A DNA stretch of 64,000 bases, taken from Octopus vulgaris. Lineage: Eukaryota. Below the pieces are notes generated by a model that was given only the letters and a program-made list of their open reading frames with translations, had not been told where the DNA came from and did no database searches. Positions 28,990 to 42,587 of this stretch are shown here, piece after piece (position 1 is the first letter of the stretch; every line of letters begins with the position of its first letter). The translations under genes were made by a program, and so were the position numbers. The stretch covers positions 61,628,001-61,692,000 of the forward strand of contig OX597832.1 in assembly GCA_951406725.2 (NCBI GenBank), read 5' to 3'.

Positions 28990-29255
28990 TGTGAAGGCAC
29001 GTGGCTTAGTGGTTCGGGCATTCGGCTCACGATTGTAAAGTCGTGACTTCGATTCCCAGCAAGACACCTAATTTAACATTGCTCCAGTCCACTCAGCCGG
29101 CAAAAATGTGTTGCAACTGTATTTCAAAGGGCGGGCTTTGTCACACTGAATCTCCCGGAGAACTACGTTGGGGGTACGCGTGTCTGTGGATTGCTCAGTC
29201 ACTTGCACGTTAATTCTACGAGCTAGTTGATCGTATCAGTTGCGGCCCTCGTCGA
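28990..29255 (+). mobile_element. tRNA-derived SINE related to family F
   Basis: Head GGCACGTGGCTTAGTGGTTCGGGC...TTCGATTCCC. Body CTGAATCTCCCGGAGAACTACGTT...CACTTGCACGTTAATT is shared with 34850-35190. Confidence 0.8.
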
Positions 29256-29303
<48 letters not shown>

Positions 29304-29338
29304 CCCCAGCATGGCCACAGCTTGTGGGCTGAAACTAA

Positions 29339-29377
<39 letters not shown>

Positions 29378-29615
29378 GTGTGTGTATGTATGTATGTGTG
29401 TATAGAGTGTTAGCTGTGGTGTACATATATATATGTACACACACACACACTCATGCATGTATACCTTAGCTATAACTGCATAGACACATGTTTGCAGATA
29501 TGTTTACGCGTGTTAGTGAATCACCAGTCTTGTCTGGATAAACAAGCGAGCAGAAGAAAACACACACGTACATGCTGTGATACCTATTGTTGAAAACAAC
29601 ATACACAAACAGGCA

Positions 29616-29665
<50 letters not shown>

Positions 29666-29733
29666 TATACATATATATATATCGTGTTAATAGCTATATG
29701 TATGTGTGTATGCGTGTGTACGTATGTGTAAGC

Positions 29734-29783
<50 letters not shown>

Positions 29784-30216
29784 GCATATGCGAATGCGAG
29801 GTAGAGGGCAGATACATAATCAGAAAGCAGCTGACGATGTCATTCGTTAAGGTATCTTAACGAACGGTATTGAAGTCTTCCAGCTGAACAGTCATCGCCA
29901 TTGTTATCTTCTCTCTCACTCTCTCTTTTCCTCTTCCTTTTCTCTTTTTATCCTTTCATATCGATTTCTTACATAACTACTAACAGTTCAACTATATACG
30001 TTTCGAGCAAAGAACTAGCTTGGCTGAATCAATAAACGTCTAGCTTCATAATTGTCATTATTTCTTTTTATTATGGCATTGTTCAACGTGATCTTGCGGT
30101 CCTGTGTTCAGACCTCGTTGCCGGGTCCTTTGTTTTTCTTTACCGTATTTTTTCTTACAGCTTCCCTTCAATGTAGGATCTCCAACGGTTCACATGTCTC
30201 AACATCGGAGTTTCAA

Positions 30217-30375
30217 CATTATTTACATTTGACGGATATTTGTCCTCATTTTGTTTGTTGTTAACACAGTGTTTCGGCTGATATACCCTCCACACTTCAT
30301 CAGGTGTCTTGGGGAAATTTCGAACCTGGGTTCTCATTCCTCGGGTATTTTTCGATGTTGTTGTTGTTGTTATTA

Positions 30376-30412
<37 letters not shown>

Positions 30413-30497
30413 CATTATTATTCAGGTCACTGCCTGGAATCGAACTCGGAGTCTTGGGGTTAGTAGCTCGCGCTCTTAACCACTACGCCATATGCCC
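30217..30497 (-). mobile_element. Putative SINE: tRNA-like head, (AAT)n spacer and hammerhead-like 3' domain
   Basis: Minus strand: GGGCATATGGCGTAGTGGTTAAGAGC...GAGTTCGATTCC (A/B boxes, 30497-30421), then (AAT)n(AAC)n, then GACAC-CTGATGA-AGTGTGGAGGGTATATCAGCC-GAAA-CACT-GTGTT (30308-30263). Confidence 0.7.
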
Positions 30498-30745
30498 GGT
30501 GTTTCTTTTCATTATTTTATTTGCGTTCTGTAGACCTTCATTCGTTACCAAAATTGTATGTGGATGGAACGGTACAGCCGTGATTTGGATTCAAGCATTG
30601 TCTGCTTTTATGAACGAAAATAAAACGGTGCCTCTCGCCATTTTCGAGATGAAACTGGAGATGTTATTAGAACACCGGTCTCCGGAAACCGCTCTCTTTC
30701 CAGTAGTGTGGCCGTCAACTAATGTCTTTCTCTCTCCCTGTAAAC

Positions 30746-30792
<47 letters not shown>

Positions 30793-31408
30793 TATGCATG
30801 TATGTATATAAACTTACGTATGTACATACATACATGCATACATACATACATACATACATACATACATACATACATACATAACTATTTAACTAGTTACAGC
30901 ACAAGAGCTGCGGCCATGCTGGGGCACTGCGATTAGCATTGCTACACCTCAAGTAATTTAGACTTTCTCTGAGATGTTGAATGAGGGGTTTTGATGTTGC
31001 TGCCCCATTTTGGTCTCATCCAGAACTCTTCACAAAAGGAGATGCATTTTGTTTTGGAAACTCCTACAGTCGTCTCATCAAGCTCTCGCAGGCTACTGGG
31101 GAGGATACTGAAGAACTGTGAGCCCTTGAAGCCAAATGTTTCACAGTGTCTGGTACTCTATCGTGATGGCGATGATGGCTTTTTTGGCACTCTACAGTAG
31201 CGCCATCTATTTGACATATATGCCTCAAATTGGTTGAGCAAAACGGAAGTATAACCAAATCATCTTTTCATTAATCAAAAGATATAACTTTTCCACTGCT
31301 AGCCAGGTTCCTGCAACTAGTGCAGCTAAGGGACTCACCTAGATTTTACTTATCTCCCCAGTGACACCTACCCACACACACGCTGACACACGCACTCTCT
31401 TCCTTTCT

Positions 31409-31447
<39 letters not shown>

Positions 31448-31524
31448 CATTGATTAGAGAGCAAACATCAAATTTGAGTCAACGACTTAATATAATACTA
31501 CGCTTCCATACATTTGAGCATATA

Positions 31525-31556
<32 letters not shown>

Positions 31557-31907
31557 AGAAATTGAAAAAGGAAAATACGCACACTTACATAGTTATAATA
31601 TAATTTTTAATATATCGACAGGTTTCGCTATCGCTATTCATAATGTCATTTTTTACTTATTTGAATATGTATTTTTTCTTAAAAAGAAATATTGTCGAAG
31701 TTGTGTGTGATTATATTCACGAGTGAATAGCTTCACAAGTAGATAAATAAGGGGATTTAATTGGTTATCATTATTATTGTTATTGTTGTGGGTAAGGGAG
31801 ATAACTGTTCAGCTTTCGGTAATGGGAGGGGAATGTATATATATATATATGAATATATATATATATATATATATACATACATATATATACATATATATAT
31901 GCATATA

Positions 31908-31954
<47 letters not shown>

Positions 31955-31958
<4 letters not shown>

Positions 31959-32130
31959 GATTGACCACTTTCTTTTTTATTTTCTCTCTCTTTATTTTCT
32001 CGGGTCCTTTTCTGTTGAAGAGCGTAGGCTCGAAACGTAAATGACTTACTCACCTTTTCCAACGTTAAAAGAATACACCTGTTTGTTAATTACACATCTG
32101 TTTTAATTTTTGTTTTGTAAATTCCAACTA
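31955..32130 (+). mobile_element. ~180-bp non-coding element with hammerhead-like motif, in (TA)n
   Basis: TTTCTGTTGAAGAGCGTAGGCTCGAAACGTAAA at ~32009-32041, identical core to the copy at 24530. Confidence 0.75.
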
Positions 32131-32397
32131 TACATATATACATATATTACATATATATGTATGTATATATATATATATATATACATATACATACATACAT
32201 ATATATATATATATAATATTTGTTTACATATCTAGATCTCATTCATTCTTTTGTTGTCTTACCATTACTATTAATCTATCTATCTATATATATATATTAT
32301 ATATATATTATATATATATATTATACACATGCATACATGCATACATGCATACATACATACATACATACATACATACATACATACATACATACATACA

Positions 32398-32428
<31 letters not shown>

Positions 32429-33727
32429 GGCCTTGAGGTTTGGGTAGGTTATCTGGATTCGTAAATCCTTGCTAACGTCTCACTAACCAAAAATAGTTTT
32501 CCTGCACCTTTCTATTTACATCTTATCTCGCCAATCATGCCCTACAAATGGGAGGAATGTCGATTGATGAGTTTTACTTAGACATATTTTTCAGGTACGG
32601 GACGCCAGCCCTTATGATCGTGAGCACAGCAGTCATAACCACTTGACTAGGCGTCTTCCCACTGAAGGGATGTGATGGCAAAATACCAAAATAATAATAT
32701 ACGTTTCAGAAATTCGAGAGTTTTCGAACCTGCTTTTCCTGCCTTGATTTTGTGTTACCGTGTGAATTATTGGGGTGAGGTTGCGATGGAATATCGAAAC
32801 CCAAAAGAAGAATATGTGGTTGGAAAGCATCAGAAACTCGTAAAAATAACTAAGAAAGTTCTTTCTGTTATGGCCCCGGGACGACCAAAGTTTTGCGAAT
32901 AAAATTGGTGGAAAAAGACGTGAGAGAAGAATGGAGGACAGAGGAGGAAAACAAAAAAGGGAGAGAAGAAAGAGAAAGGAAGAAGGAACGAAAAAAGGTC
33001 GCAAGGAAAGAAAGAAAGAAGGAAAATGTCAATGAAATAAAGAAGAACGGAAAGATGGAAAGAAAGAATGAAGAAAGAATTAAGGCAGAAATGATATGAG
33101 GAAGGAAAGAAATAAGAGAAGAAAGAAGAAAAGGCGTATGAAAGAAAGAACAAGGACAAGTAAGAAGGAAGGAAGGAAGGAAGGAAAGAAAGAAAGAAAG
33201 AAAGAAAGAAAGAAAAAAGGCTTATGAAAGAAAGAACAAAGAAAAAGGAATGAAAGAAGGAAGAAAGGTCACAGACGATTGGAGTAGGAATTTCGTTTTT
33301 TGAATACCAAAACTTTTACTGCAACTGACAAGGCCGGGTGTTTCTTTTGCTTGTGATGATGAATGTAATTAGGGGGAGGAGGAGGAGGATGAGGAGGGTG
33401 AAGAAGGAAGTTAAGACGATGAGGAAGTAAAACAGTTACATAAACAGCAACAACAATGAAAAAATAAAAGGAAAAAGAAACAAGAAGCTACCAACAGCAA
33501 GAATAACAATCTTATAATAATAATAAGAATAACAATAACACTAATATTCCCCAACACCACCATCAACACCTCCATAAACAAATTAGGAAAAATAATAAGA
33601 AAACTATCAAACAGAGTAACAAGAAGAAAACGAACAACAACAACAACTAGAGCAACAAAAACAACGAAGAAAATGATAATAAGAATAATAACAACACTAA
33701 TATTAAAATTACGTGAAATAAGAAAAG

Positions 33728-33812
33728 CAAGAAGAAGAAGAAGAAGAAGAAGAAGAAGAAGAAGAAGAAGAAGAAGAAGAAGAAGAAGAAGAAGAAGAAG
33801 AAGAAGAAGAAG
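33728..33812. repeat. (AAG)n microsatellite within a degenerate AAC/AAT/AAG tract
   Basis: Directly visible; source of the poly-R/poly-F/poly-L pseudo-ORFs. Confidence 0.95.
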
Positions 33813-34400
33813 AATGAGAATAAGAAGAACAAGAACAACAGCAATAACAACAACAACGGCAAAGATGACGACGGTGATGACGAAAAAGAGCAAGACCAAG
33901 CTGAAGGTGAGAGATGCCAAGAAGATGCTTAAAGGTGAGAAAGAGGTGAATATTGAAGAAGAGATGAAGTAAATATTTGCGGTTCCTCTTCGGTTTATCA
34001 TATTTCTCTTTAGAGACTTTTAATTTAGTGAATTCTGTTGGTTATTTACCAGCAGACAATGTCTCACTTCACTACCCCCACCTCTCTCCCTCCCACACAC
34101 ACAACCACATTTTCTCTCTCTTCTTTTTCTTTCATTCTTTCTCGTACAAGTACCGAACTTCTTTCCAACCATTTCATCTGACATCCGCGCCTCTAACGCC
34201 ACCGCCACTTGCAAGTATTCGACGTCCTTATCATTAGAGGAATCATAAACATCAACATCATTAACATCATCATCCTCAACAACAATAACAACAAAAATAA
34301 CAGCAACTCCAACTTCTCCAGCAAAATTGCTGACAATCTGAAAATAATACGGTGAATATACACATACTGCACATACTATGTACGCTGCATATATATGTTG

Positions 34401-34451
<51 letters not shown>

Positions 34452-34566
34452 TATATACATATATATATATATTCATATATATATATATATATATATGCAT
34501 ATATACATATATATATATTCATATATATATATATACATACATACAAATATATATATATACATATAT

Positions 34567-34630
<64 letters not shown>

Positions 34631-34784
34631 GTGACATGTGATTGTTGTGCACATGTCAAATGTGAATGGCAGATATCATGTAGGTCTTGACTTCTGGAAA
34701 CAGCTGTCGAAACAGTACATTTCATAACATCTCCCTCACTCACACACTCTCTCTTTCTCACTCTCTGACACCCCTGTATGTAAG

Positions 34785-34842
<58 letters not shown>

Positions 34843-34849
34843 CATGTCC

Positions 34850-35197
34850 AGTGAAGAGGGCAGAGGGCTCGTGGACGCACTATCGTGGTTTCGATTACCA
34901 AACCGAGCGTTGTGAATGTTTATTGAGCGAAAACACCTAACGATCTACGGGTCTCCGGCAGGGGGTGGTGGCGACCCCTGCTGTACTCTTTCACCACAAC
35001 TTTCTCTCACTCTTTCTCCCTGTTTCTCATTTTTTCTCCCTCTTGTACCTGTATTTGAAAGGGCCACGCTGAATCTCCCTGAGAACTACGTTAAGGGTAC
35101 ACGTGTCTGTGGAGTGCTCAGCCACTTGCACGTTAATTTCACTTGCAGACTGTTCTGTTGATTGGATCAACTGGAACCCTCGTCGTCGTAACGACGA
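34850..35197 (+). mobile_element. tRNA-derived SINE, family F
   Basis: GGTTTCGATTACC B-box-like; TTTATTGAGCGAAAACACCTAA...CCCTGCTGTACTCT shared with 21776; 3' body shared with 28990-29255. Confidence 0.8.
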
Positions 35198-35305
35198 TGT
35201 ATACACACAATAACACATATATATATACACAGACACATGTATGCATGTGTGCTTATATGCATATATAAATGTACATGAATATATACATATATATATATAT
35301 ATCAT

Positions 35306-35549
35306 TTTACTCTTTTACTTGTTTCAGTCATTTGACTGCGGCCATGCTGGAGCACCGCCTTTAGTCGAGCAAATCGACCCCGGGACTTATTCTTTGTAAG
35401 CCCAGTACTTATTCTATCGGTCTCTTTTGCCGAACCGCTAAGTGACGGGGACGTAAACACACCAGTATCGGTTGTCAAGCAATACTAGGGGGACAACCAC
35501 AGACACACAAACACACACACACACACATATATATATACATATATACGAC
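35306..35549 (-). mobile_element. SINE family A, 3' half (well preserved)
   Basis: Almost identical to 8140-8375. Confidence 0.9.
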
Positions 35550-35561
35550 AGGAATTAATGC

Positions 35562-35611
<50 letters not shown>

Positions 35612-36077
35612 GTGTGTGTGTCGTATATATGTATATACATATATTTATATGTATATATATGTATATATATATGCATATGTATATATATATACATACATAT
35701 ACATACATGAACTATACATCTATGTATTTAAGCATGCATGTCTATGTAATTGTATACATATTTATGAATATGTGTGTGTTTCCGTTAACGTGGTGCGGAA
35801 TGGAGGAGAGAGATTGTAATTCAAGGAACGAAGGTCGAGCATAGAATGTTGACGGCTTGAAATCGTTTTGAGAAATAAATAGCTTGTTAAATGGATTGGA
35901 TGGCCGCCATTGTTGATTTAAATGATTGCATATGTTATGTATTCGGTTCTGCAGTTAGCGCTCTTCGGATTTAGAATGGAGTCTGTAAAAGCATAGAGCA
36001 ACACTGAAATTAAGAAACCACGGGGGGTATACAAGTTAAGATATTTTAGATATTTATATAGATAGAGAAATTAATGC

Positions 36078-36145
<68 letters not shown>

Positions 36146-36170
36146 TTGTGTGTGTGTTTGTATGTACGTA

Positions 36171-36213
<43 letters not shown>

Positions 36214-36444
36214 TCACACACAAACCACGCACGCATAGATAATCAAAAAAGTAAACATAGGTATATGTACGTGTGTGTGTATGTGTGTGTGTGTGTGCGC
36301 GCGCTGACTAGAAAGCGTACGTGTGCATGTGTGTGTGCGCGTATGTATATACGTGTGTACATATATAGTTATATAGATAAGCCTATGACAGTTACAAATA
36401 ACTATATGTTTATATAAATGTATGGCTTTGTGATTGTGTGTGAA

Positions 36445-36480
<36 letters not shown>

Positions 36481-36798
36481 AATTTGGCGACTTCAGAGTA
36501 TCATCTCTTCGGCCCCATAAAAGACTGTTTGAGAGGCAAACATTATTCCAGTCACGAGGAAGTGAAAACTGTAGTGACGAAGTCGCTCAAAGAACAGTCA
36601 ACACAATTATACGGCGCAGGGGTACATGCTCTCATTCGAAGGTGGAACATTGCTATTGAGAGAAACGCTGACTATGTTGAGAAGTAGGGATGTGATCCAC
36701 AGAGGAACAGCTTCATTTTGATGTATGATACATGTTCCTGTGTTAGTTATTATACCTGTCCTAAATAAAATGTCATTACTTTTTGACTCACCCTCCTA
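36481..36798 (+). mobile_element. Mariner (Tc1/mariner) transposase C-terminal fragment with right terminal inverted repeat (TIR)
   Basis: Translation LATSEYHLFGPIKDCLRGKHYSSHEEVKT...GVHALIRRWNIAIERNADYVEK* fits the mariner 'DLAPSDYHLF...L..RW..C....GDY.E' C-terminus. Ends in a TIR-like TTACTTTTTGACTCACCCTC followed by TA repeats. Confidence 0.88.
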
Positions 36799-36807
36799 TA
36801 TATATAT

Positions 36808-36895
<88 letters not shown>

Positions 36896-37363
36896 GTGTG
36901 TGTGTGTATGTATGTATGTATATATACATATATATATTAACAAAATACAAAAGACAGAGAGGAAAACTGTGTAGAGATCAACGGTCCAACATAGCGCAAT
37001 GACTGGAAATAAAAGAGTTTGAATAAGGGAGATAATTAGAAAGAAGGATGGAATGAAAGGTGATCCCTAAGAACTAAAGTGTGCAAGCATGCGTGAGTAT
37101 GTGAGAATCGTGTGTAGTGTTTGTGCGTAGATGGGACGAGTAAGTCCGACGCGTGTGTGTGCATGTGTAACATGTGTGTATGTACATATTATGAGTATCG
37201 GTTGATGTGTGCACATGTGTATGTCTGTGTGTGAATGTGTATTATGTATGTTTGTGGGCGGGAGTTATCTATGTCTATGCGTGTTGTGTATGTGTGTGTA
37301 CATTTTTTGTGTTCAGGTATTATGTGCTTGTGTGGTTGTGTGCGTGAGTATATATTCCCTGGA

Positions 37364-37467
<104 letters not shown>

Positions 37468-37581
37468 CATATATATAAATATGCGTATATATATCCATAT
37501 TCGTATATATATAACATATACATACCTGCACATAAATATATGTAGAAAGACTAAAATATATATATCTTTATATATATATAT

Positions 37582-37634
<53 letters not shown>

Positions 37635-38660
37635 ACAGAGGGAGTGCGAGAGAATGATAGTGAGACAAAGAGAGAAGCGAAGGAAGAGATCATCGTGTTC
37701 CATTGTACACATGCTAGCTTATCATACTCCTGCTTGTATGCATCCATGTATTTGTCTCTTTTATGCTATTTTATGCACCCATTTTAACACAATGTGTTTT
37801 ATTGTTATGTTCCCCAGGGAACCTTTAACAATGTAAATGTAACGGATCCGGCAATATCATTTTGAGGGAAAGTTGGAAAATATACATTAACCGCTCAATT
37901 TATATAAGCATCTCATCAAATATTGCTACAGTAGATATACATTTATAAACATAGGCATAGTTGCACTCGCTTCCCTCAAGAAAGTTTCAAACAATTGTCA
38001 ACAATTTTGGGGAATTACGAGCAAAGAATGAGGTCATGTAACACACATACGCACATACGCAAGGAGAGAGAAAGAGAGAGAGAAAGAAGGAGAGAGAGAG
38101 AGAGAGAGAGAGAAATAAGCTTAAAGAGTCGAAGTGAGGACAGGAGAAGTACGAATATTCTAACTTATACTGACTCTTAGCAAATATCTGTAGACAATCT
38201 CTGTTGTTTAGATTTAAAGATATCGTTTTGTTTATAAATTTAACAACCGGAATATCTTTCTTTGTGGAAGAATGTTCAACCAGCAGAATGTTCACACACG
38301 CAAAGTCACACACTTACACACAGACACACACAAACACTCAGACACACACACACAGACACATACACACACGCACACATACTCATATACACACCTAAATATA
38401 GAGGCGCTGAAGGTGGGAGTTTTTGTGCGCTAAAAATTCTGTAAAGAAAATTTTAAATGAAGCAAAGAAAGGATTAACTGAAAAGAATGAAAAAACATAC
38501 AAGTACCTCTCATCAGCCGTGGATATCTCGGTTGCAGGCGTAATTTCGGCGCGTTTAAAAACTCGAAGACTTTAAATTCCATGTTACTGCTTGTTTGGTT
38601 GTGCCAAAGATATAGATAATATCACTGAGGGGATGGACAAAATGGACAAAACAATATGTG

Positions 38661-38693
<33 letters not shown>

Positions 38694-38722
38694 ATATATA
38701 TACATACAAATATATCCTTATA

Positions 38723-38930
38723 CCGGAGTAAGCACATAAATGTGAAACATGGTGGAAAAGAGTACTCAAATACCGGAGATAGATTAATATGCTTTATTTA
38801 AAAGCAGCAGAAATATAACAAAAGCTGTTACTCAGAGTTTCACGTTCCCGTTCGTCGGAACTGTCCGACAAACGGAAACGTGAAACTCTGAATAACAGAT
38901 TTTGTTATATTTCTGCTGCTTTTAAATAAA
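38723..38930. mobile_element. Miniature foldback derivative of the Penelope-like termini at 56431-59757, with a 12-bp flanking direct repeat
   Basis: Starts CCGGAGTAAGCACATAAATGTGAAACA like 56431. Inverted arms carry degenerate HHR motifs. Flanked by TATATCCTTATA at 38711-38722 and 38934-38945. Confidence 0.85.
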
Positions 38931-39644
38931 CCATATATCCTTATATGTATACACACACATATATCGTTTTATGTATATAAATTTAGCAATAGGTATGAAA
39001 AAAATGAGTATCTGATGTTAAAAAGTCTTACCTCTTATTTCCACAAATCAATAATATAGGAAGAATTGTTTAAATTGTCGGTTAGCTCACAGTGAGACGT
39101 CACGACATTTAAAACTTATTTCATTCGTTCTCCGCTGTATATAAATATATTGTTTGTAATTAATGACCAAAAATAGGCGAATAAAAAGAAAAATTTAAAA
39201 AGAAGAAAATGACTGATTCCCAATATATAGGTTTAGTATTCACACAGAATAGCTCATATATGGGCGCTATATATTTTGTGTTGTTTCTTACAGCACTAAA
39301 TTTAGTGGCTGTTTAAGCGTTGTGTTCGTGCGTGGTTAATTGTTTGGATGTGGCACTGATGAAAGGGCAAGTACTCCTGAAATATGCATATACTCCCATT
39401 AGCTGACATCCATCACATTGTTTACATAGACGTCTTTGTAGACGAAACGTCGTAACTTTCAGTGGTCGCTCTAATTTCAATAGAAAATCCGCAGAGATAA
39501 CCTTAAACATTGACTGAATCGCACTGATGACACAGGTAGGACACCGGATTCACTAATATTCCTATGATACGATTAGTGGCATATTATGGTTGCTAAACGA
39601 ATCATAGTGTCCCTAACAGCAACACTCACACACACACACATAGA

Positions 39645-39805
39645 CACGCGTGACTGTGTGATAAGAAGCTTGATTCCCAACCACATGGTTCTGGGTTCAG
39701 TCCCACTCCGTTTCAGCTTAGCTAAGTCTCTACTAAGATAGCCTCGGGCTGACCAAAGCCCTGTGAGTGGATTTGGTAGGCGGACACTGAAAGAAACCCG
39801 TTGTA
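39645..39805 (+). mobile_element. SINE family A, 5' part
   Basis: GTGACTGTGTGATAAGAAGCTTG...CCACATGGTTCTGGGTTCAGTCCCACT...GCCTCGGGCTGACCAAAGCC. Confidence 0.8.
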
Positions 39806-41813
39806 TATATATATATATATATATATATATAAGTTTTTCCGAATGAGATAAAAAAAAAAACCAAGGTTGTGTATATGCGTACAATACACACACAATGCTG
39901 TGTGTGTATATTCTACGCATGTACATGCAGTAATTAGCGTTTTCGCATGAGGAGCATATCAGACGACATAGAAATGAATCGTTTACGCACCCAGTCGACC
40001 GACGGAATTCAGCGTAGACAAAAGAGAGAAGACTACGACACATTTCAATATGTCCGTCTCGGTAACATCAACGTTGAATGGACTTGATTCGTGCTTCACA
40101 GGAACGATTTTAACACCACTACCACCAAAACGAATAAGAATAACGTCTATTGGAATATGAACAATAACAATTAAAACAACGAGAAAAGCAACAACAATAA
40201 CAACACAAACAGCAGTAACAACAACATCGGCAGTAACGGAAACAAGCAAAAGTCACATCCGGTGATATTATATGCGCGCATGCGTAGAGTTTCCAATTTC
40301 AGAAATCAGTGAAAAGTGTATAAAAGATGATCAGGTTAAACACATCGAAGATTCGGAGGGGAAAAAAACAACAACCTTACTTTCTTTGACGATTTGCTTC
40401 TAGAGGGACAGTCCGTTTTGCAACAAAAGTCAGTCGGAAACATGTCGATTTGCTGTTATCAACGATCGATCATGTGGCTAATGAACACTTATCTCAAGAG
40501 GAAAGACGCTGATTTATGGGTATTGAATGCGTTAATGTACTGTGCTGCAATTACCATTCAATAACAATCAGGCGCGAACAAGATTGAACGAGAGAAACGG
40601 GAAACCATGCCGAAGATAGTCTACCCGTTTTCTCTAAACATGATCGACTGACTACAGATGAACGCCGGACAGAAAGTATCATTAAATATAAAGGACCTAA
40701 TAAATTCAGAACCCAACAACTGCGATTAATGCTAGATTATTTAAATATATGTAACACTCAATGACAATTAGACACACTTGAGAGAGAAGTAGTAACGTCC
40801 AGAAGCAGCAACAAGGGCGGCAATGAAATGTATTGCGTGCAAACGTGTCTCGGAGGTTAAGGTTGGTTGGTGTAGGGTTAATAGGAACTGGGCAAAACAA
40901 GGATTTTTCGAATAAAAAGCCGAACTATTATAGTAATAAATGTCCCTTGTCGAGAGATTCAGGTTCAATGAAGAAATGACACATGATATATTAAATCTAT
41001 TCTTGAACCAAAATAGGGTTGGTCTTTCTTTTGGTCTTGAAGGAATTATGTAGAATGAATTATGTAATAAATGGTGAGATCTTCTTGAAAACTTTTGGAA
41101 GCCTACACAATATGGAATGAAATATGGGAGTTTTGAATTCTGAAGTTACAGGAAAAGATACCAGAAACTATTCTTGAGAAGAAATGGAGGATAATCTTTT
41201 TTTGTATTTTTTTTATTGGACAATTTTCGCAACCGTTTACAAGAATTACGAAATACTTGGAAACAGACGACAGTTTCCAGTAAGAGTCTTTAATTTATTG
41301 CTATGTGAAGAATTTCTTTTAGCCAGACGAAATCAGTAAAGATAAAAAGAAACCAGAACAATGAAATTCTTTCAAATTTTTCTCTTGGCTGCATGCAAAT
41401 ATTTTCCAAAATGCTAGAAAGAAAGAATTTGTTTTGGAACGCCGAGTAAGTATAAAGAAATGGTCCTTGTATTCGTGGTGGAAAGAGCTAATAAAACAGT
41501 CGCCAACGAAGTGAAACGACTCTACATAAAATAATTCTATTGTGACTAAACTGTTGCAATATTTGAAACATGTTTACTTACTCAAACTATTTTCTAATGT
41601 ACTAATCAGTTATGAAGCAACTTGGCACAATTCCATCGAGTGAGAGATAAATATCATTTAATGTATACCATATGAACTACTTATAGTCTCTTGCCATTGC
41701 GACACTAAGCACGTTGAAAAAAATGCCTAACCACGTGTCTCAATGGTAAGAGACTATCACTGACTATTATTTTAGTATAGTTACATTAATGATGCGCATA
41801 CATATCTATCTAC

Positions 41814-41870
<57 letters not shown>

Positions 41871-42002
41871 AGTCTGTCTGTCTGTCCATCTGTCTGTCTG
41901 TTTATCTGTCTGTCTGTCTATTCTATTTCTCTCTCCCCTCTCTCTCTTCCTCTCTCAGTATATATATATATATATATTTATATATTCTTTTATTTATTTA
42001 AT

Positions 42003-42203
42003 CTTTTACTTATTTCAGTGATTTGACTGTGGCCATGCTGTAGCACGACCTTAAAGGGTTTAAGCCACCTAAATGGTTTTAGGCTTCTTCTTTGTAAGCC
42101 TAGAACTTATTCTTCCGGTATCTTTTGCAAGAACGAAAACACACCAGCATCGGTTGTCAAGCGACGGTGGGTGAACAAACACAGACACGAAGACATACAC
42201 ACA

Positions 42204-42262
<59 letters not shown>

Positions 42263-42269
42263 TCTATAT

Positions 42270-42306
<37 letters not shown>

Positions 42307-42465
42307 CGACGGGCTTCTTGCAGTTTCCGTCTACCAAGTACACACACACCAGACATTGGTCAGCCCGAGGCTGTAGTAGAAGACATTTGCTCAAGTTGCC
42401 ACGCAGTGCCACTGAACCCAAAACCATGTCGTTGGGAAGCAAGCTTTTTACCAAACACCCACACC
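42003..42465 (-). mobile_element. tRNA-derived SINE, family A
   Basis: Collinear with 8126-8535, with an expanded internal (TA)n. Confidence 0.85.
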
Positions 42466-42530
42466 TATATATAATATATATATACATATATATATGTATT
42501 CTATATAGTATATATTTAATATATATGTAT

Positions 42531-42587
<57 letters not shown>

